Shown here one piece after another: positions 37,520 to 46,611 of a stretch of DNA of 64,000 nt. The notes under the pieces are model-generated. The model searched no databases. It saw only the letters and a list, made by a program, of their open reading frames with translations, and was not told the origin of the DNA. The translations under genes were made by a program, and so were the position numbers. How positions within the stretch are numbered: the first letter of the stretch is position 1; each line of letters begins with the position of its first letter. The stretch is from the IMG/VR virus record IMGVR_UViG_3300020576_003018, positions 13,126 to 77,125 of that record. One strand, written 5' to 3'. Source of the DNA: a virus (Duplodnaviria; Caudoviricetes).

Positions 37520-37770
37520 TCGAAACATACAGAAATCTTGTGATTGGAGGTCTTTACAAAATTAAAGATTGCTTTCTGCTTGTGCTTGGAGGTCTTTACA
37601 AAATTAAAGATTGCTTTCTGCTTGTGCTTGGACCTTCTGAAGAATACCCGAAAGATCGCGTTTATTGCATTGAATCTTGGAAAACACAAGAGGGTATTCG
37701 TGTTGAGTTGGGCCATGTTCTAATCACCACCATTCTCAGGCATTACAAACTCGTTTCAACGGAGGAATAA
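37516..37770 (+). CDS. Array-family protein with internal 42-bp duplication
   Basis: GGLYKIKDCFLLVL twice, YCIESW. Confidence 0.7.
   Translation: MIETYRNLVIGGLYKIKDCFLLVLGGLYKIKDCFLLVLGPSEEYPKDRVYCIESWKTQEGIRVELGHVLITTILRHYKLVSTEE
37544..37632. repeat. Perfect 42-bp tandem duplication
   Basis: TTGGAGGTCTTTACAAAATTAAAGATTGCTTTCTGCTTGTGC x2. Confidence 0.95.
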
Positions 37771-37774
37771 AAGG

Positions 37775-38008
37775 ATGGAGTTGCGCTATCCTGACGACAT
37801 GCCACTAGAAAAGGGTTGCCCTTATCCGATCATTGGTGGATTGTACCAACATCTCTTTTTTCCCGACACGTTTCTCCTTGTTGTTGAACACCATTCCGGT
37901 TCGGTTTTTACTTGCCTGGAGACAAGCGTTGGGAGGGATCCGATAATTTGTCACCTTTACGCCAGTTCCATTCATCAGTACACCACTCTCGTCACCGATT
38001 TTGGTTGA
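37775..38008 (+). CDS. Array-family protein, CLET subfamily
   Basis: IGGLY, FLLVV, TCLET. Confidence 0.65.
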   Translation: MELRYPDDMPLEKGCPYPIIGGLYQHLFFPDTFLLVVEHHSGSVFTCLETSVGRDPIICHLYASSIHQYTTLVTDFG

Positions 38009-38033
38009 CTCTGGCTCGAAGGCGGGGTAGAGT
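38005..38033 (+). promoter_or_regulatory. Sigma70 promoter, leaderless
   Basis: TTGACT-17-TAGAGT-6 nt-ATG 38040. Confidence 0.75.
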
Positions 38034-38039
38034 CTGGTC

Positions 38040-38288
38040 ATGCTTCATCGAATGCCAAAACCGGGAGATGTGATCCAGCGCCGCACAGCGCAGTGCCGAG
38101 TTCTTTTTGTTCTTTCGAGTTTCGATGAAAAAATTGACAAGAAGTTGCATGAGGACAATTCACACTGTCGGATTGAGGCATTGGCACCTAACGGGACAAA
38201 GATCGAAGTCGTAGTAATCTTCTACGACAGTTGGATTTTCTTCATTGATTCAGAAGTTTCGGATAGAACCAACAAAATAGAGGAGTGA
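38040..38288 (+). CDS. Array-family protein
   Basis: PGDVI, VLFVL, ALAPNG. Confidence 0.65.
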   Translation: MLHRMPKPGDVIQRRTAQCRVLFVLSSFDEKIDKKLHEDNSHCRIEALAPNGTKIEVVVIFYDSWIFFIDSEVSDRTNKIEE

Positions 38289-38785
38289 AAGAGGATAACA
38301 TGGAAGAGACGACTATTACAGAGAAGAAGGTTACGGTTCAGATCAAGGAGAATCCGCGGGACGTGTACTACATGCGTGGTCAGCAAACCCGAGATCATCT
38401 CAAGGCCAGAATGGAAGCCTTGAACGCTGGATATGATTACGACAATCCAGATTTTGACAAGATTCGAGAGTTTCTTGGGACTCTTCAAGTGGGTGACACG
38501 ATTGGTCTTGACGACACAGCTTACAAGGTGGCAAAAGTTAACATTCCCGAGTGTTCTCTTTCCTTGTTCAATCTAACACTGGCAAAACGTGGCAATCCAC
38601 CAGCCGTGGATATTGCTTCGGAAACGATTGGGTTTGCTCTTGCGTGTGGGTTTGCTGAGATCCTTTATCGGGATGACAAGCCTTACGGAATTGAGCTTGA
38701 GAAGGAATACACCATCAAGATTGTCAAGCGCGAAAAGGAGGAATCTGAAGATGGCACTGACGAAGAAGCAGAAAGTGATTCTTGA
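38285..38785 (+). CDS. Hypothetical protein
   Basis: 166 aa ORF with acidic tail. Confidence 0.65.
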   Translation: MKEDNMEETTITEKKVTVQIKENPRDVYYMRGQQTRDHLKARMEALNAGYDYDNPDFDKIREFLGTLQVGDTIGLDDTAYKVAKVNIPECSLSLFNLTLAKRGNPPAVDIASETIGFALACGFAEILYRDDKPYGIELEKEYTIKIVKREKEESEDGTDEEAESDS

Positions 38786-38948
38786 TCGGTTTTGTTCTGG
38801 CACCACCAGGACTTCCGTGGTAGAGTACGAAGACCTTCCAGCCCATGTTCGTGAAGAGCTTGAGGGTGGGAAGCTGTGGGAATCACTTTGGTGTGATGCC
38901 ACTCGATATGTGAATGATTCCCTGAACCCCAACAGAAAGAAAATGTAA
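38751..38948 (+). CDS. Hypothetical protein
   Basis: MALTKKQKVILD... 65 aa. Confidence 0.5.
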   Translation: MALTKKQKVILDRFCSGTTRTSVVEYEDLPAHVREELEGGKLWESLWCDATRYVNDSLNPNRKKM

Positions 38949-39034
38949 CTGATGACGAAGGTTGAACTCGCTTTCATTCAACACTTCCTTTCTCTCTTCC
39001 TTGCTCTTTCCACAAACACTGCCAGGAAACACAA

Positions 39035-39430
39035 ATGACTGAAGCTGAGATCCTTCTGCTGCTTCCTTCTGTTTTCTCTATTCTGGAGAGCAGAAAGGAA
39101 AAGATCCTGGCAGAGTATAAAACCTTTGAGGAAGATGAGGATATCGACCCGAAAAAACTTTGGAGTCTTCTTGTAGACTCAAAGAGTTGGTTCGTTGCAG
39201 ATGTTCACGAACTTCCAATTCAAGAGTTGGTGATGGTTGTTGATGATCTGCAAGCCATTCCAGATTGGTGTTGTGGCATGACTTATGTTTGCGTTCCTCC
39301 CTCTCAGTTGAAAGGAAATGAAATCGTGAAAACTTGGGTTTTTGAGTCAAAGCACGAAGAAGTCGATGAAGGCTTCGACTTGGTTGTTTGGACGGCTGAC
39401 GACGCCATCGTTGCATGGGATTTCCGATGA
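39035..39430 (+). CDS. Hypothetical protein
   Basis: ATGA-coupled to the exonuclease. Confidence 0.6.
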   Translation: MTEAEILLLLPSVFSILESRKEKILAEYKTFEEDEDIDPKKLWSLLVDSKSWFVADVHELPIQELVMVVDDLQAIPDWCCGMTYVCVPPSQLKGNEIVKTWVFESKHEEVDEGFDLVVWTADDAIVAWDFR

Positions 39431-40002
39431 TTGAAACAAACAACAAAACATATCGTTGTTTTCTCGACACTGAAACAACCGGACTGAACACTCGAAAGGA
39501 TCAGATCATTGAGATTTGTTTGGTGCTGGAAGAATTTGATCCAGACCATCGTCACCTTCGTGGAAACATCGTTAGGACATTCACAACCAAGGTAAAGCCA
39601 ACAATCAAAGTTGCTGAAAAGGCAGCGGTAATCAACGGATACACTCCAAAAGCCTGGGAGTATGCTCCTTACTTCTATGAGATTGCAGATAAGGTCGCAG
39701 AGATTTTAAGTCTTGCCATTGAGATTGTTGGGCACAACATCTCTTATGACAGAGCAATCATTGAAGAAGCAATGATTCGTTGTTCTGGGCATGAGGATTT
39801 CAGCTTTTATCACACGATTGATACTGCAACCTTGGCTTATGAACATTGGGTGGTTCCCGGTTACATCCCCAAGCAAAGCTTGCCTGTTGTTACAAAGTAT
39901 CTTGGAATCGAGCATTCCAAGGCTCATAGTGCCGAATCAGATACTCTTGCCTGCCGAGAAGTTTTTTATCGGGCTTTGAGTGAAGTAAACTGGAAACCGT
40001 GA
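39427..40002 (+). CDS. DEDDh 3'-5' exonuclease (DnaQ/epsilon-like)
   Basis: FLDTETTGL, IIEI, VGHNISYD, IDT, HSAESD. Confidence 0.9.
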   Translation: MIETNNKTYRCFLDTETTGLNTRKDQIIEICLVLEEFDPDHRHLRGNIVRTFTTKVKPTIKVAEKAAVINGYTPKAWEYAPYFYEIADKVAEILSLAIEIVGHNISYDRAIIEEAMIRCSGHEDFSFYHTIDTATLAYEHWVVPGYIPKQSLPVVTKYLGIEHSKAHSAESDTLACREVFYRALSEVNWKP

Positions 40003-40277
40003 AGGAGTTCAATGGCACAATGATGTATTTTGTGACGACTGCATGGAGAGGTTCTCTCAACATTTCGAATGCTCGCATGTTTACTGACCTTGATGAAGCA
40101 TTGAAACACTATCGTGTTCTGGCAAAAATGGAAGAACCTTTTTTGTCTGAGGATGGAACTGGTTGTTTTATTCGAATTTATGAGAGTAAAGCGGGTGAAC
40201 CTATCAAGCTGATGCCGGTAAAAGTGCTTAGGGCTGCAATGGCCAAGATCATCAAGAACGAATCCTCTTCTTCCTAA
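39999..40277 (+). CDS. Hypothetical protein
   Basis: GTGA overlap with the exonuclease stop. Confidence 0.55.
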   Translation: MKEFNGTMMYFVTTAWRGSLNISNARMFTDLDEALKHYRVLAKMEEPFLSEDGTGCFIRIYESKAGEPIKLMPVKVLRAAMAKIIKNESSSS

Positions 40278-40280
40278 TCG

Positions 40281-41066
40281 TCATTCTCCTCCGAGAATGA
40301 CCTTCTTCAAAACATCTTTCAGGTTTGCTGACTCGTTGACTCGATCTCTTCCGAGGTTTGGATCAAATGTTCCAGTTGGTGTTGACTTGCTTTGTGCGTA
40401 GTTCAATGCTTGCTGGGACATTCTTTGTGTTGGAGCAGCACGAGGAACTCTTCCAGAAACTCCGAAAGCTGGGGGAGAAGGGGTTACTCTAGCAGCACTA
40501 CGAATTTCATCCGGGGTTTGGCTTGCAGCCATTGGTTGTGTTTCATTTGATCTCGTTGCACCAAGCTCAGAAGTTCCCATGTGTTTTGTTGGGTTGCTTG
40601 CTGGGTTAGCAACGGCATTTGGAGTTACTGCTGGCAAAACCTTCCCTTGAGGAATTGTTGGTGCTGTTGCAACATCGCTTTTTGGAAGTGGAGGAGGAGG
40701 ATTCCCAGCAGAAACCGCTTTCGCAACAGTTGAAGAGTGTTTTGCTGTATCCTTGTCCAGCTTCATCCCTGGTGGTTCTCCCATAAATTTGATTGAGCCA
40801 AGAGCACCAATGTCAGATTCAACATCGTCAATTGCGTCATAAGCTTTTTGGAAGTCTGGGAGTTTTGATCCTGGACTTCTGACTGTCATTCCGATGTTGT
40901 TGAGTTTGCGAAGGGTTGCTCCTTTCAAGGCATCGACAACGGGAGAGTTTTTGATTGAGAATTCTTGTTTCCCAGAAGGAGATGGAGTGCTGTATTGCTC
41001 AGGCAAAAACTTCTCCAGAATGATCCAGTCTTTAATGAGGTTTTTCAAGGACATAGGTGTTGTCAT
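40281..41066 (-). CDS. Hypothetical Pro/Ala/Ser/Thr-rich protein
   Basis: Long minus-strand ORF; TATTTA immediately before ATG 41066. Confidence 0.6.
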   Translation of the reverse strand: MTTPMSLKNLIKDWIILEKFLPEQYSTPSPSGKQEFSIKNSPVVDALKGATLRKLNNIGMTVRSPGSKLPDFQKAYDAIDDVESDIGALGSIKFMGEPPGMKLDKDTAKHSSTVAKAVSAGNPPPPLPKSDVATAPTIPQGKVLPAVTPNAVANPASNPTKHMGTSELGATRSNETQPMAASQTPDEIRSAARVTPSPPAFGVSGRVPRAAPTQRMSQQALNYAQSKSTPTGTFDPNLGRDRVNESANLKDVLKKVILGGE

Positions 41067-41103
41067 GTAAATACTGACACCTGGGCAACAAAGATAAACA
41101 GGT

Positions 41104-42000
41104 ATGCCCAACATCGAGTTTTATGTTCCAAACAACGCCGAAGTGATTTTCGTTGAGGATTTTTTCGTGGATGAGATTCTGGGAGGTGCCGAGCTGACCT
41201 CTGATGCCATTATCCAGGCCGCCGATAGGATGGTATGCCACCTTCACTCACGCTCCCTCACCGAGCGCCTTGTTAAAGCTCACAGAGCCAAGAAATGGGT
41301 GTTTGGAAATCAAACCCAGGTTCCCCACTGGATCCTTAACCTCTTCCTTGAACTCAACGTCGAATATCATTTCTTTGAGTACGACTACAAACCATGTGTC
41401 TATCGCTCAACCAAAAAACATGAATCCATCACTGGAAAACCATGCGACTGCAATCAATCCCAGCACGGCCAATGGATGGCCCACTGGATGACAAGCGCAA
41501 AAACATTGTTCTGGTGCTCTGGAAAACAACGAGACAAGTTCTATTCCGAATATCCTCATCTCGCCGGTAAAACACGAGACTTTGTTCAAGGATCCACCTT
41601 CTATCCAGAAACAATCAAAAAGATTCGTGCTGTCAGAGAACAAAATCTCCCAGCACAAGATCATTGGTGCATCCTCGATTCCGATAGCTGGATCAAGGGA
41701 ACCTCTGACGCTGTTGATTTCTGCAACCAAAATGGAATGAAGTTCGTGCTGCTTAAAAATCTCAGCAACGAAGACTTTCTAAAACAACTAAGCTCCAGCA
41801 AGGGTCTTATCTTCTTTCCCAGAGACATGGACGTTGGTAGCAGAATCACAATTGAATCAAAACTCCTGGGGAGAGAAGTTATCCTGAACTGCAACGTCCT
41901 CGTCCAGTTTGAACCCTGGTTCTCTGGGAGCTTGGAAGGCATCGAAGAGTATTTCCTCGACGGACCAATGAGATTTTGGAAAACAATCCGCGGCTCCTAA
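41104..42000 (+). CDS. Putative glycosyltransferase (GT-B-like)
   Basis: GGAELT, WIKGT, FLKQLSSSKGLIFFP...SRITIESKLLG; resembles a GT-B C-terminal domain. Confidence 0.55.
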   Translation: MPNIEFYVPNNAEVIFVEDFFVDEILGGAELTSDAIIQAADRMVCHLHSRSLTERLVKAHRAKKWVFGNQTQVPHWILNLFLELNVEYHFFEYDYKPCVYRSTKKHESITGKPCDCNQSQHGQWMAHWMTSAKTLFWCSGKQRDKFYSEYPHLAGKTRDFVQGSTFYPETIKKIRAVREQNLPAQDHWCILDSDSWIKGTSDAVDFCNQNGMKFVLLKNLSNEDFLKQLSSSKGLIFFPRDMDVGSRITIESKLLGREVILNCNVLVQFEPWFSGSLEGIEEYFLDGPMRFWKTIRGS

Positions 42001-42072
42001 CTCTTCCCTTCTTGAGAACCACTCTCACCTTCTTGACCATCCTCTTCTTTAAGAGATGCCTCCTTCAATCCC

Positions 42073-42154
42073 CTTCTGGTTATCTTCCACTAGGCAAGAA
42101 AGTTGATCAAGGAAACCCCTAGATTCTCTGGGGGAAGCCGGGGGAGGCCCCCCT
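42073..42154. repeat. Third copy of the dispersed element
   Basis: CTTCTGGTTATCTTCCACT (19/19 to 2801-2819) and GCCGGGGGGAGGCCCCCT. Confidence 0.8.
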
Positions 42155-42165
42155 GACGATTTTTC

Positions 42166-42195
42166 TTGACGTATGGTCATTCGGCATGGTACCTT
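42166..42195 (+). promoter_or_regulatory. Sigma70 promoter, leaderless
   Basis: TTGACG-18-TACCTT-6 nt-ATG 42202. Confidence 0.65.
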
Positions 42196-42201
42196 TTGGT
42201 C

Positions 42202-42702
42202 ATGATGACGAACAACTTGGGGCTGCTGGAAAAGCAGGTGATTTTGATGTTGGGTGTTCCTGGTGCTGGGAAGAGCACCTATATTCGAGGGATTCCTGGG
42301 GAAGTGGTTGTGGCATCTGCCGACCATTATTTCATTGACCGTGAGACGGGCCAGTACCTTTTTGACGGCTCTCAACTGGGTCGGGCACACTCAGAGTGCT
42401 TGGCCAAGTTCAAGGCCGCTGTTATTCGTCCTGGAGCGATTACGGTGGTGGTAGACAACACCAACACCCAACTGAAGGCACTGGTTCCCTACGTCGAGTT
42501 TGCAAACCAACACGGAATCATTCCAACTCTGGTTCACATCGTTGCAGATCCCAAGGTTGCAGCAGCGCGAAATGTCCACGGAGTTCCCGAGGACAGCGTG
42601 ATGAACATGCACAACAGGCTTCAAACCCTCGTGTCTATCCTCAAGGGAAGCAATCACTTTCCGAACAAGCCCGAATGGAGGTATAACTTTGTTGAAGTCT
42701 AA
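42202..42702 (+). CDS. P-loop kinase (AAA_33 / polynucleotide-kinase-like)
   Basis: Walker A GVPGAGKST, SADHYF, VVVDNTN, RNVHGVP. Confidence 0.8.
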   Translation: MMTNNLGLLEKQVILMLGVPGAGKSTYIRGIPGEVVVASADHYFIDRETGQYLFDGSQLGRAHSECLAKFKAAVIRPGAITVVVDNTNTQLKALVPYVEFANQHGIIPTLVHIVADPKVAAARNVHGVPEDSVMNMHNRLQTLVSILKGSNHFPNKPEWRYNFVEV

Positions 42703-42871
42703 AACATGTCCCGAATGCAAGCAGGAAACCCGTTTGGTTGAGGAGTATCACAATGACAAATATGATGCTTACTTTTGTGAGCACTGTGGGGAGTGGGCCG
42801 AAGAGCGTTGCACTGATCCCGATTGTGATTTTTGTTGTTATCGCCCTCTTCATCCTCCGAAGAAAGAATAA
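42689..42871 (+). CDS. Small Zn-ribbon protein
   Basis: CPEC, CEHC, C.DPDCDFC. Confidence 0.55.
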   Translation: MLKSKTCPECKQETRLVEEYHNDKYDAYFCEHCGEWAEERCTDPDCDFCCYRPLHPPKKE

Positions 42872-42884
42872 AGAAAGAAAGACC

Positions 42885-44216
42885 ATGAAATTTGGTGTTG
42901 AAATTGAGTGTTTGATTCCAACTACTCCGCAAGATCCCAACCACCTCACCACTTTCAAAGCGGGCTTTATCCCTGCAATGCAAGGCAAGAAGGTTCCAGT
43001 AACCCGGAATGAATATGCCAGGGGGAATTCTGCTTGGCAAGTGAGGTTGGATGGTTCAATCAGGCCCCACAGCTCAGATTACGCTGGGATTGAGATTGTT
43101 TCGAGAATTCTCGATGCCAGCAAACCTTCTCATTGGAAAGAGATTCAGCATGTTTGTGAATATCTCCAATCAGTAGGGGCATATGCGAATTATTCCTGTG
43201 GTCTGCACATCCACATTGGACTTGGCGCAAAAAACCTGGAGAGAAAAGAAACGCTGAAGTTGGTTCAGCGATTGTTTTTGAGGTATGCAAGGGCAGAAAA
43301 AATCTTCGATGCGTTCGTTCCTGAAAACCGTCGAAACAACAAACTTGAGTATGCCCATTCGTGCAACAACAACAAGATGCTTCAGATGGTTTTGGGAGAA
43401 GAGAAAGACGCTCTCATCCTTTCTTACAACATTGATTCCAAATATTGGAAGGTAAACCTAAACTCTATCGAAAAGTTTGGAACGGTTGAGTTCCGGCACT
43501 TTGCCGGAACTGTCGATGCAGCAACAATCCAGACCTGGGCTCGCTTCCTCCTTGAGTTCGTCGAACAAACCAAAAAGATTGTGGATCTACCCGATTCTGT
43601 TGTTGCTCAGGAGGTTGGTCAAAACGTTGCTGCTGATTATGGGATGACGAAAGGCATGTATAACCTTTGGCAGTACCTTTGTCATGCTTATGAAGATGCT
43701 GTGAAGAACCGTATTGGTCTTCCCCTGCAAGCGGACAAACCAGTAGCGATGGTAGCGATGTCTATGCTTGACTATTACGGTAACAAGTCTAAAGAAGTCA
43801 TGGTTGGCATTCCTGTAGAACTCATTGCTCAAAGCACGGGTTTGTCGGTCAAATATATCACAGGAGCAACTCTTCGCCGCAAGTTTCAAAACTTGTGTGT
43901 TGGGCAAGATTCCATCCCGCAGTTTGAGTTTGAGCGTGCTGACTCCAATACCTTTCACTATTCACATGGAAGGCATCGTCCCATCCCGAGTATTCTTAAA
44001 GAAACCTTTGCATCTGATACGGATATGCGGTTGCTGAAAATCACAAGCAATCCCGCTGAATGGTTCAGGCCCATCATCAAACTGGATTCTTTCAGGAAGT
44101 ATTCTCTTTGGGATGGAATCTCCCCCAACATCAAATCCAAATTGCTCGAACGTGCTTCGGCATTGAACTCTGGTGATGCCGTTCTCCTCAGCCAAGTTCT
44201 TAGCTGTACTTGCTAA
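42885..44216 (+). CDS. Putative amidoligase (COOH-NH2 ligase type 2)
   Basis: FGVEIEC, DGSI, GIEIVS, CGLHIHIG, KVNL, TVEFRHFAGT. Confidence 0.85.
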   Translation: MKFGVEIECLIPTTPQDPNHLTTFKAGFIPAMQGKKVPVTRNEYARGNSAWQVRLDGSIRPHSSDYAGIEIVSRILDASKPSHWKEIQHVCEYLQSVGAYANYSCGLHIHIGLGAKNLERKETLKLVQRLFLRYARAEKIFDAFVPENRRNNKLEYAHSCNNNKMLQMVLGEEKDALILSYNIDSKYWKVNLNSIEKFGTVEFRHFAGTVDAATIQTWARFLLEFVEQTKKIVDLPDSVVAQEVGQNVAADYGMTKGMYNLWQYLCHAYEDAVKNRIGLPLQADKPVAMVAMSMLDYYGNKSKEVMVGIPVELIAQSTGLSVKYITGATLRRKFQNLCVGQDSIPQFEFERADSNTFHYSHGRHRPIPSILKETFASDTDMRLLKITSNPAEWFRPIIKLDSFRKYSLWDGISPNIKSKLLERASALNSGDAVLLSQVLSCTC

Positions 44217-44407
44217 AGGAAAGGATCCAATACATCATGCGGTATAGGTGGGCTTGTAATGATGCTTTTCTTGTCAACGATAAAGTTGACAAGATCAACG
44301 ACTGGCTGAAACAGATGAATGAGGAGTTGAGAACTTCGATCCAGAGTTAATCATCTCGAAGAAGAAAACATGCTGCTCAAAGCAAATTTGCTGGCCAAGA
44401 GCAAAAC

Positions 44408-44728
44408 ATGAACAACATTTTCGTTGGTGACTTGATCAGGGTGAGTTACGAAGCGTCGTCGAAACTTTGGGGAGATTACTGGATAAGGGGCGACAAAGGA
44501 ATCCCAGCCGGAATTCACGGCACCAGAATCAGTGATATTGATGATGATATGAGAACGCACTTTATCCCGGACGGTACAATACTACCAGTTCTGAGCATCA
44601 AAACGATAAAAGACGAGGACCGCTCTCTATTTGAAACGTTTCTCGTACTAGATTCCAGTGGACGACTTCTCTGGGTCGATGAATCATTCGTAGAAAAATA
44701 TCAACCCGAACTCAAAGAAACCCAATGA
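44408..44728 (+). CDS. Array-family protein
   Basis: VGDLIRV, VLDSSG, FVEK. Confidence 0.7.
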   Translation: MNNIFVGDLIRVSYEASSKLWGDYWIRGDKGIPAGIHGTRISDIDDDMRTHFIPDGTILPVLSIKTIKDEDRSLFETFLVLDSSGRLLWVDESFVEKYQPELKETQ

Positions 44729-45015
44729 ACAACAACAACAATGAGTTGAAAGTTGGAGGTTTGGTTGAGGTTTATTCCTCCCGATTCATAACCGTTGGTG
44801 GAACCCCCATTGACATTTCTCAGCCAATGAAAGCCGTCAAAATTGGTGAAGTTGGAGTTGTGCTTGGATTTTTCAGATCTTTTCCTTCTTCTTCCAGGGC
44901 TTGGGTTCCTGTTTTATTTGCCAGCACGGGCGAAACGCTCCTGGTGAGAAAGGAATATCTCCGACAAATTCCCACATCAACAGATGAAGAGTATCCTAGC
45001 AATGCGACTGTTTGA
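44725..45015 (+). CDS. Array-family protein
   Basis: VGGLVEV, GEVGVVLG, FASTG. Confidence 0.7.
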   Translation: MNNNNNELKVGGLVEVYSSRFITVGGTPIDISQPMKAVKIGEVGVVLGFFRSFPSSSRAWVPVLFASTGETLLVRKEYLRQIPTSTDEEYPSNATV

Positions 45016-45295
45016 AACCGGAACACTGGTTGCAGCAAAACCACTAGAGAATCTAGCCAAATCCGTCTCTGGATTTTTACCCAATCCCTTTGGTGGGGTA
45101 GAGAAGATTCCTGTCGGTAGCTTGGGCTTTGTTCTCAAGCAAGATGAAAGATGGATTTCTGTTTTGTTTGCTTGCATCGGTTTGACTCTTTGGGTTTGGC
45201 ACAGCGATCTCCTTCCGATGCCACCAGACGCCTCAGCAGAGCCCGAGAATATCCAGAACGACCCGGAGGACACCAAAACAGTTCAGGGGCCTTAA
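45002..45295 (+). CDS. Array-family protein
   Basis: TGTLV, VGSLGFVL, WISVLF. Confidence 0.65.
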   Translation: MRLFETGTLVAAKPLENLAKSVSGFLPNPFGGVEKIPVGSLGFVLKQDERWISVLFACIGLTLWVWHSDLLPMPPDASAEPENIQNDPEDTKTVQGP

Positions 45296-45298
45296 AAA

Positions 45299-45320
45299 GC
45301 ATCCTGGAGCGATTGAAGGG
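45299..45320. repeat. GCATCCTGGAGCGAT motif
   Basis: 15/15 to 51950-51964 and 62063-62077; extends 19/19 to 3132-3150. Confidence 0.75.
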
Positions 45321-45331
45321 TATGTGTGACA

Positions 45332-45670
45332 ATGACGTGGGAGTATGACAAGGTTGAAGTTGGAGAACTGTTTTTCTGGAAAGGGGGCAGTTTTTCTGTG
45401 TTGAAGGGGGAGAACCTGTTGAATATCTTTTCTGTTCCTGGGTTAGCTGGGACCGATGTGCTATCACAAAAAGCAACAGAGGTTGAATTGATGGATGGAA
45501 TGTCTTTGTTGGTGTTGGAGAAGAGGTATACGAACACGAGGAATCCTTGGGTTAGAGTGCTGCTGTCAACCCCCGAAAAGACTTGGGAAGGTTGGGTCTC
45601 ACAACACAGAATTCGTTGTCATGTCGGAAAAACAGATGGAGAAGTGGTATTGTGGATCAAAAGTTCATAA
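45332..45670 (+). CDS. Array-family protein
   Basis: VGELFFW, LLVLE, EGWV. Confidence 0.65.
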   Translation: MTWEYDKVEVGELFFWKGGSFSVLKGENLLNIFSVPGLAGTDVLSQKATEVELMDGMSLLVLEKRYTNTRNPWVRVLLSTPEKTWEGWVSQHRIRCHVGKTDGEVVLWIKSS

Positions 45671-45679
45671 ATCCAATTA

Positions 45680-45982
45680 ATGAACCAGAAAAACTGGTTG
45701 TTGGTGGTCTTTACGAAGTTAGGTTTATTGACCACACAACAAAGATGGTTTACGCTCATCAGAATAGCAGTGGAAATTACATCCATGATCTTTTGAGAGT
45801 CGGAGACCTTTTTTGTGGTTATGGAACCCTGGGACAAGGAAAGGGCAACTCAACAACGGAAGTGCTGGTTTTCCAGAGTGAATGCTCCCGGATTTATTAC
45901 AACCTCGACACGGTATTTGGTAGGCGCCAGAAGTTTTTTGGTTCTTCAAATTGTCGGTGATGATGAAGAAGGAGGAAAATGA
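45680..45982 (+). pseudogene. Array-family ORF with two homopolymer frameshifts
   Basis: ATG 45680; A5 run then LVVGGLYEV in another frame; T6 run then GDLFVVME...DDEEGGK* overlapping ATG 45979. Confidence 0.55.
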
Positions 45983-46272
45983 GTGACAAAAACAAACTCG
46001 AACCTTTCCCATTTTTGGAAATTGGCGGGTTGTATACCATTGTTGAACTCGAGAGAAAGTTGAGAGAGCTCAACTATTGTGTTTGGTTATGCTGGGAAAA
46101 TAAACACATTGTTCTGCCGATATCAACCATGATCTTTTACCTCGGGAACCATAGGTTTATGGCCCCTTGTGGGCAAAAAGGGTATCTCATTTTTTCAGGT
46201 TTTAGATCAGAAATTGGCATCAAAAACCAACTTGTCAAGATTGAAACAACGGCTGTTGAAGATGGCGCATGA
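45979..46272 (+). CDS. Array-family protein
   Basis: IGGLY, MIFYLG, APCGQKGY. Confidence 0.65.
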   Translation: MSDKNKLEPFPFLEIGGLYTIVELERKLRELNYCVWLCWENKHIVLPISTMIFYLGNHRFMAPCGQKGYLIFSGFRSEIGIKNQLVKIETTAVEDGA

Positions 46273-46580
46273 TGAACAAGGTTGTTGTTGGAGGCTTGTA
46301 CCGACTGAACCAATATGCTTTGAACAAGCAAAATCGCAGAGAACACAGAACACATTACAAGCGCAAAAACGGCAGTGGAGTTTATGGCGTTGTAGATGGC
46401 ACAATGCTGCTAACTTGCTTATCCCAGACAATCGGACTTTTTGGCGAAGACGCTTCGTTGTTCCTGGAGCCAGATCTTGGTGTTATCAGGCTGATTACGA
46501 CCAAGGCTTGGTTCGAGATGTATTTTGAACTCGTTGAAACAAACATGGAGGAGAATGATCAGCCGCCAGAAAACCCTTGA
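46269..46580 (+). CDS. Array-family protein
   Basis: VGGLYRL, GTMLL, FELV. Confidence 0.7.
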   Translation: MMNKVVVGGLYRLNQYALNKQNRREHRTHYKRKNGSGVYGVVDGTMLLTCLSQTIGLFGEDASLFLEPDLGVIRLITTKAWFEMYFELVETNMEENDQPPENP

Positions 46581-46605
46581 CCTTGTTTGGCAGCCATGCT
46601 AGAGT
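46577..46605 (+). promoter_or_regulatory. Sigma70 promoter, leaderless
   Basis: TTGACC-17-TAGAGT-6 nt-ATG 46612. Confidence 0.75.
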
Positions 46606-46611
46606 CTGGGT

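Noticed and set aside
44270-44293. Perfect inverted repeat CTTGTCAAC-N6-GTTGACAAG containing TTGACA on both strands
   Set aside because: No -10 at the proper spacing on either strand, no U-tract, and only one copy
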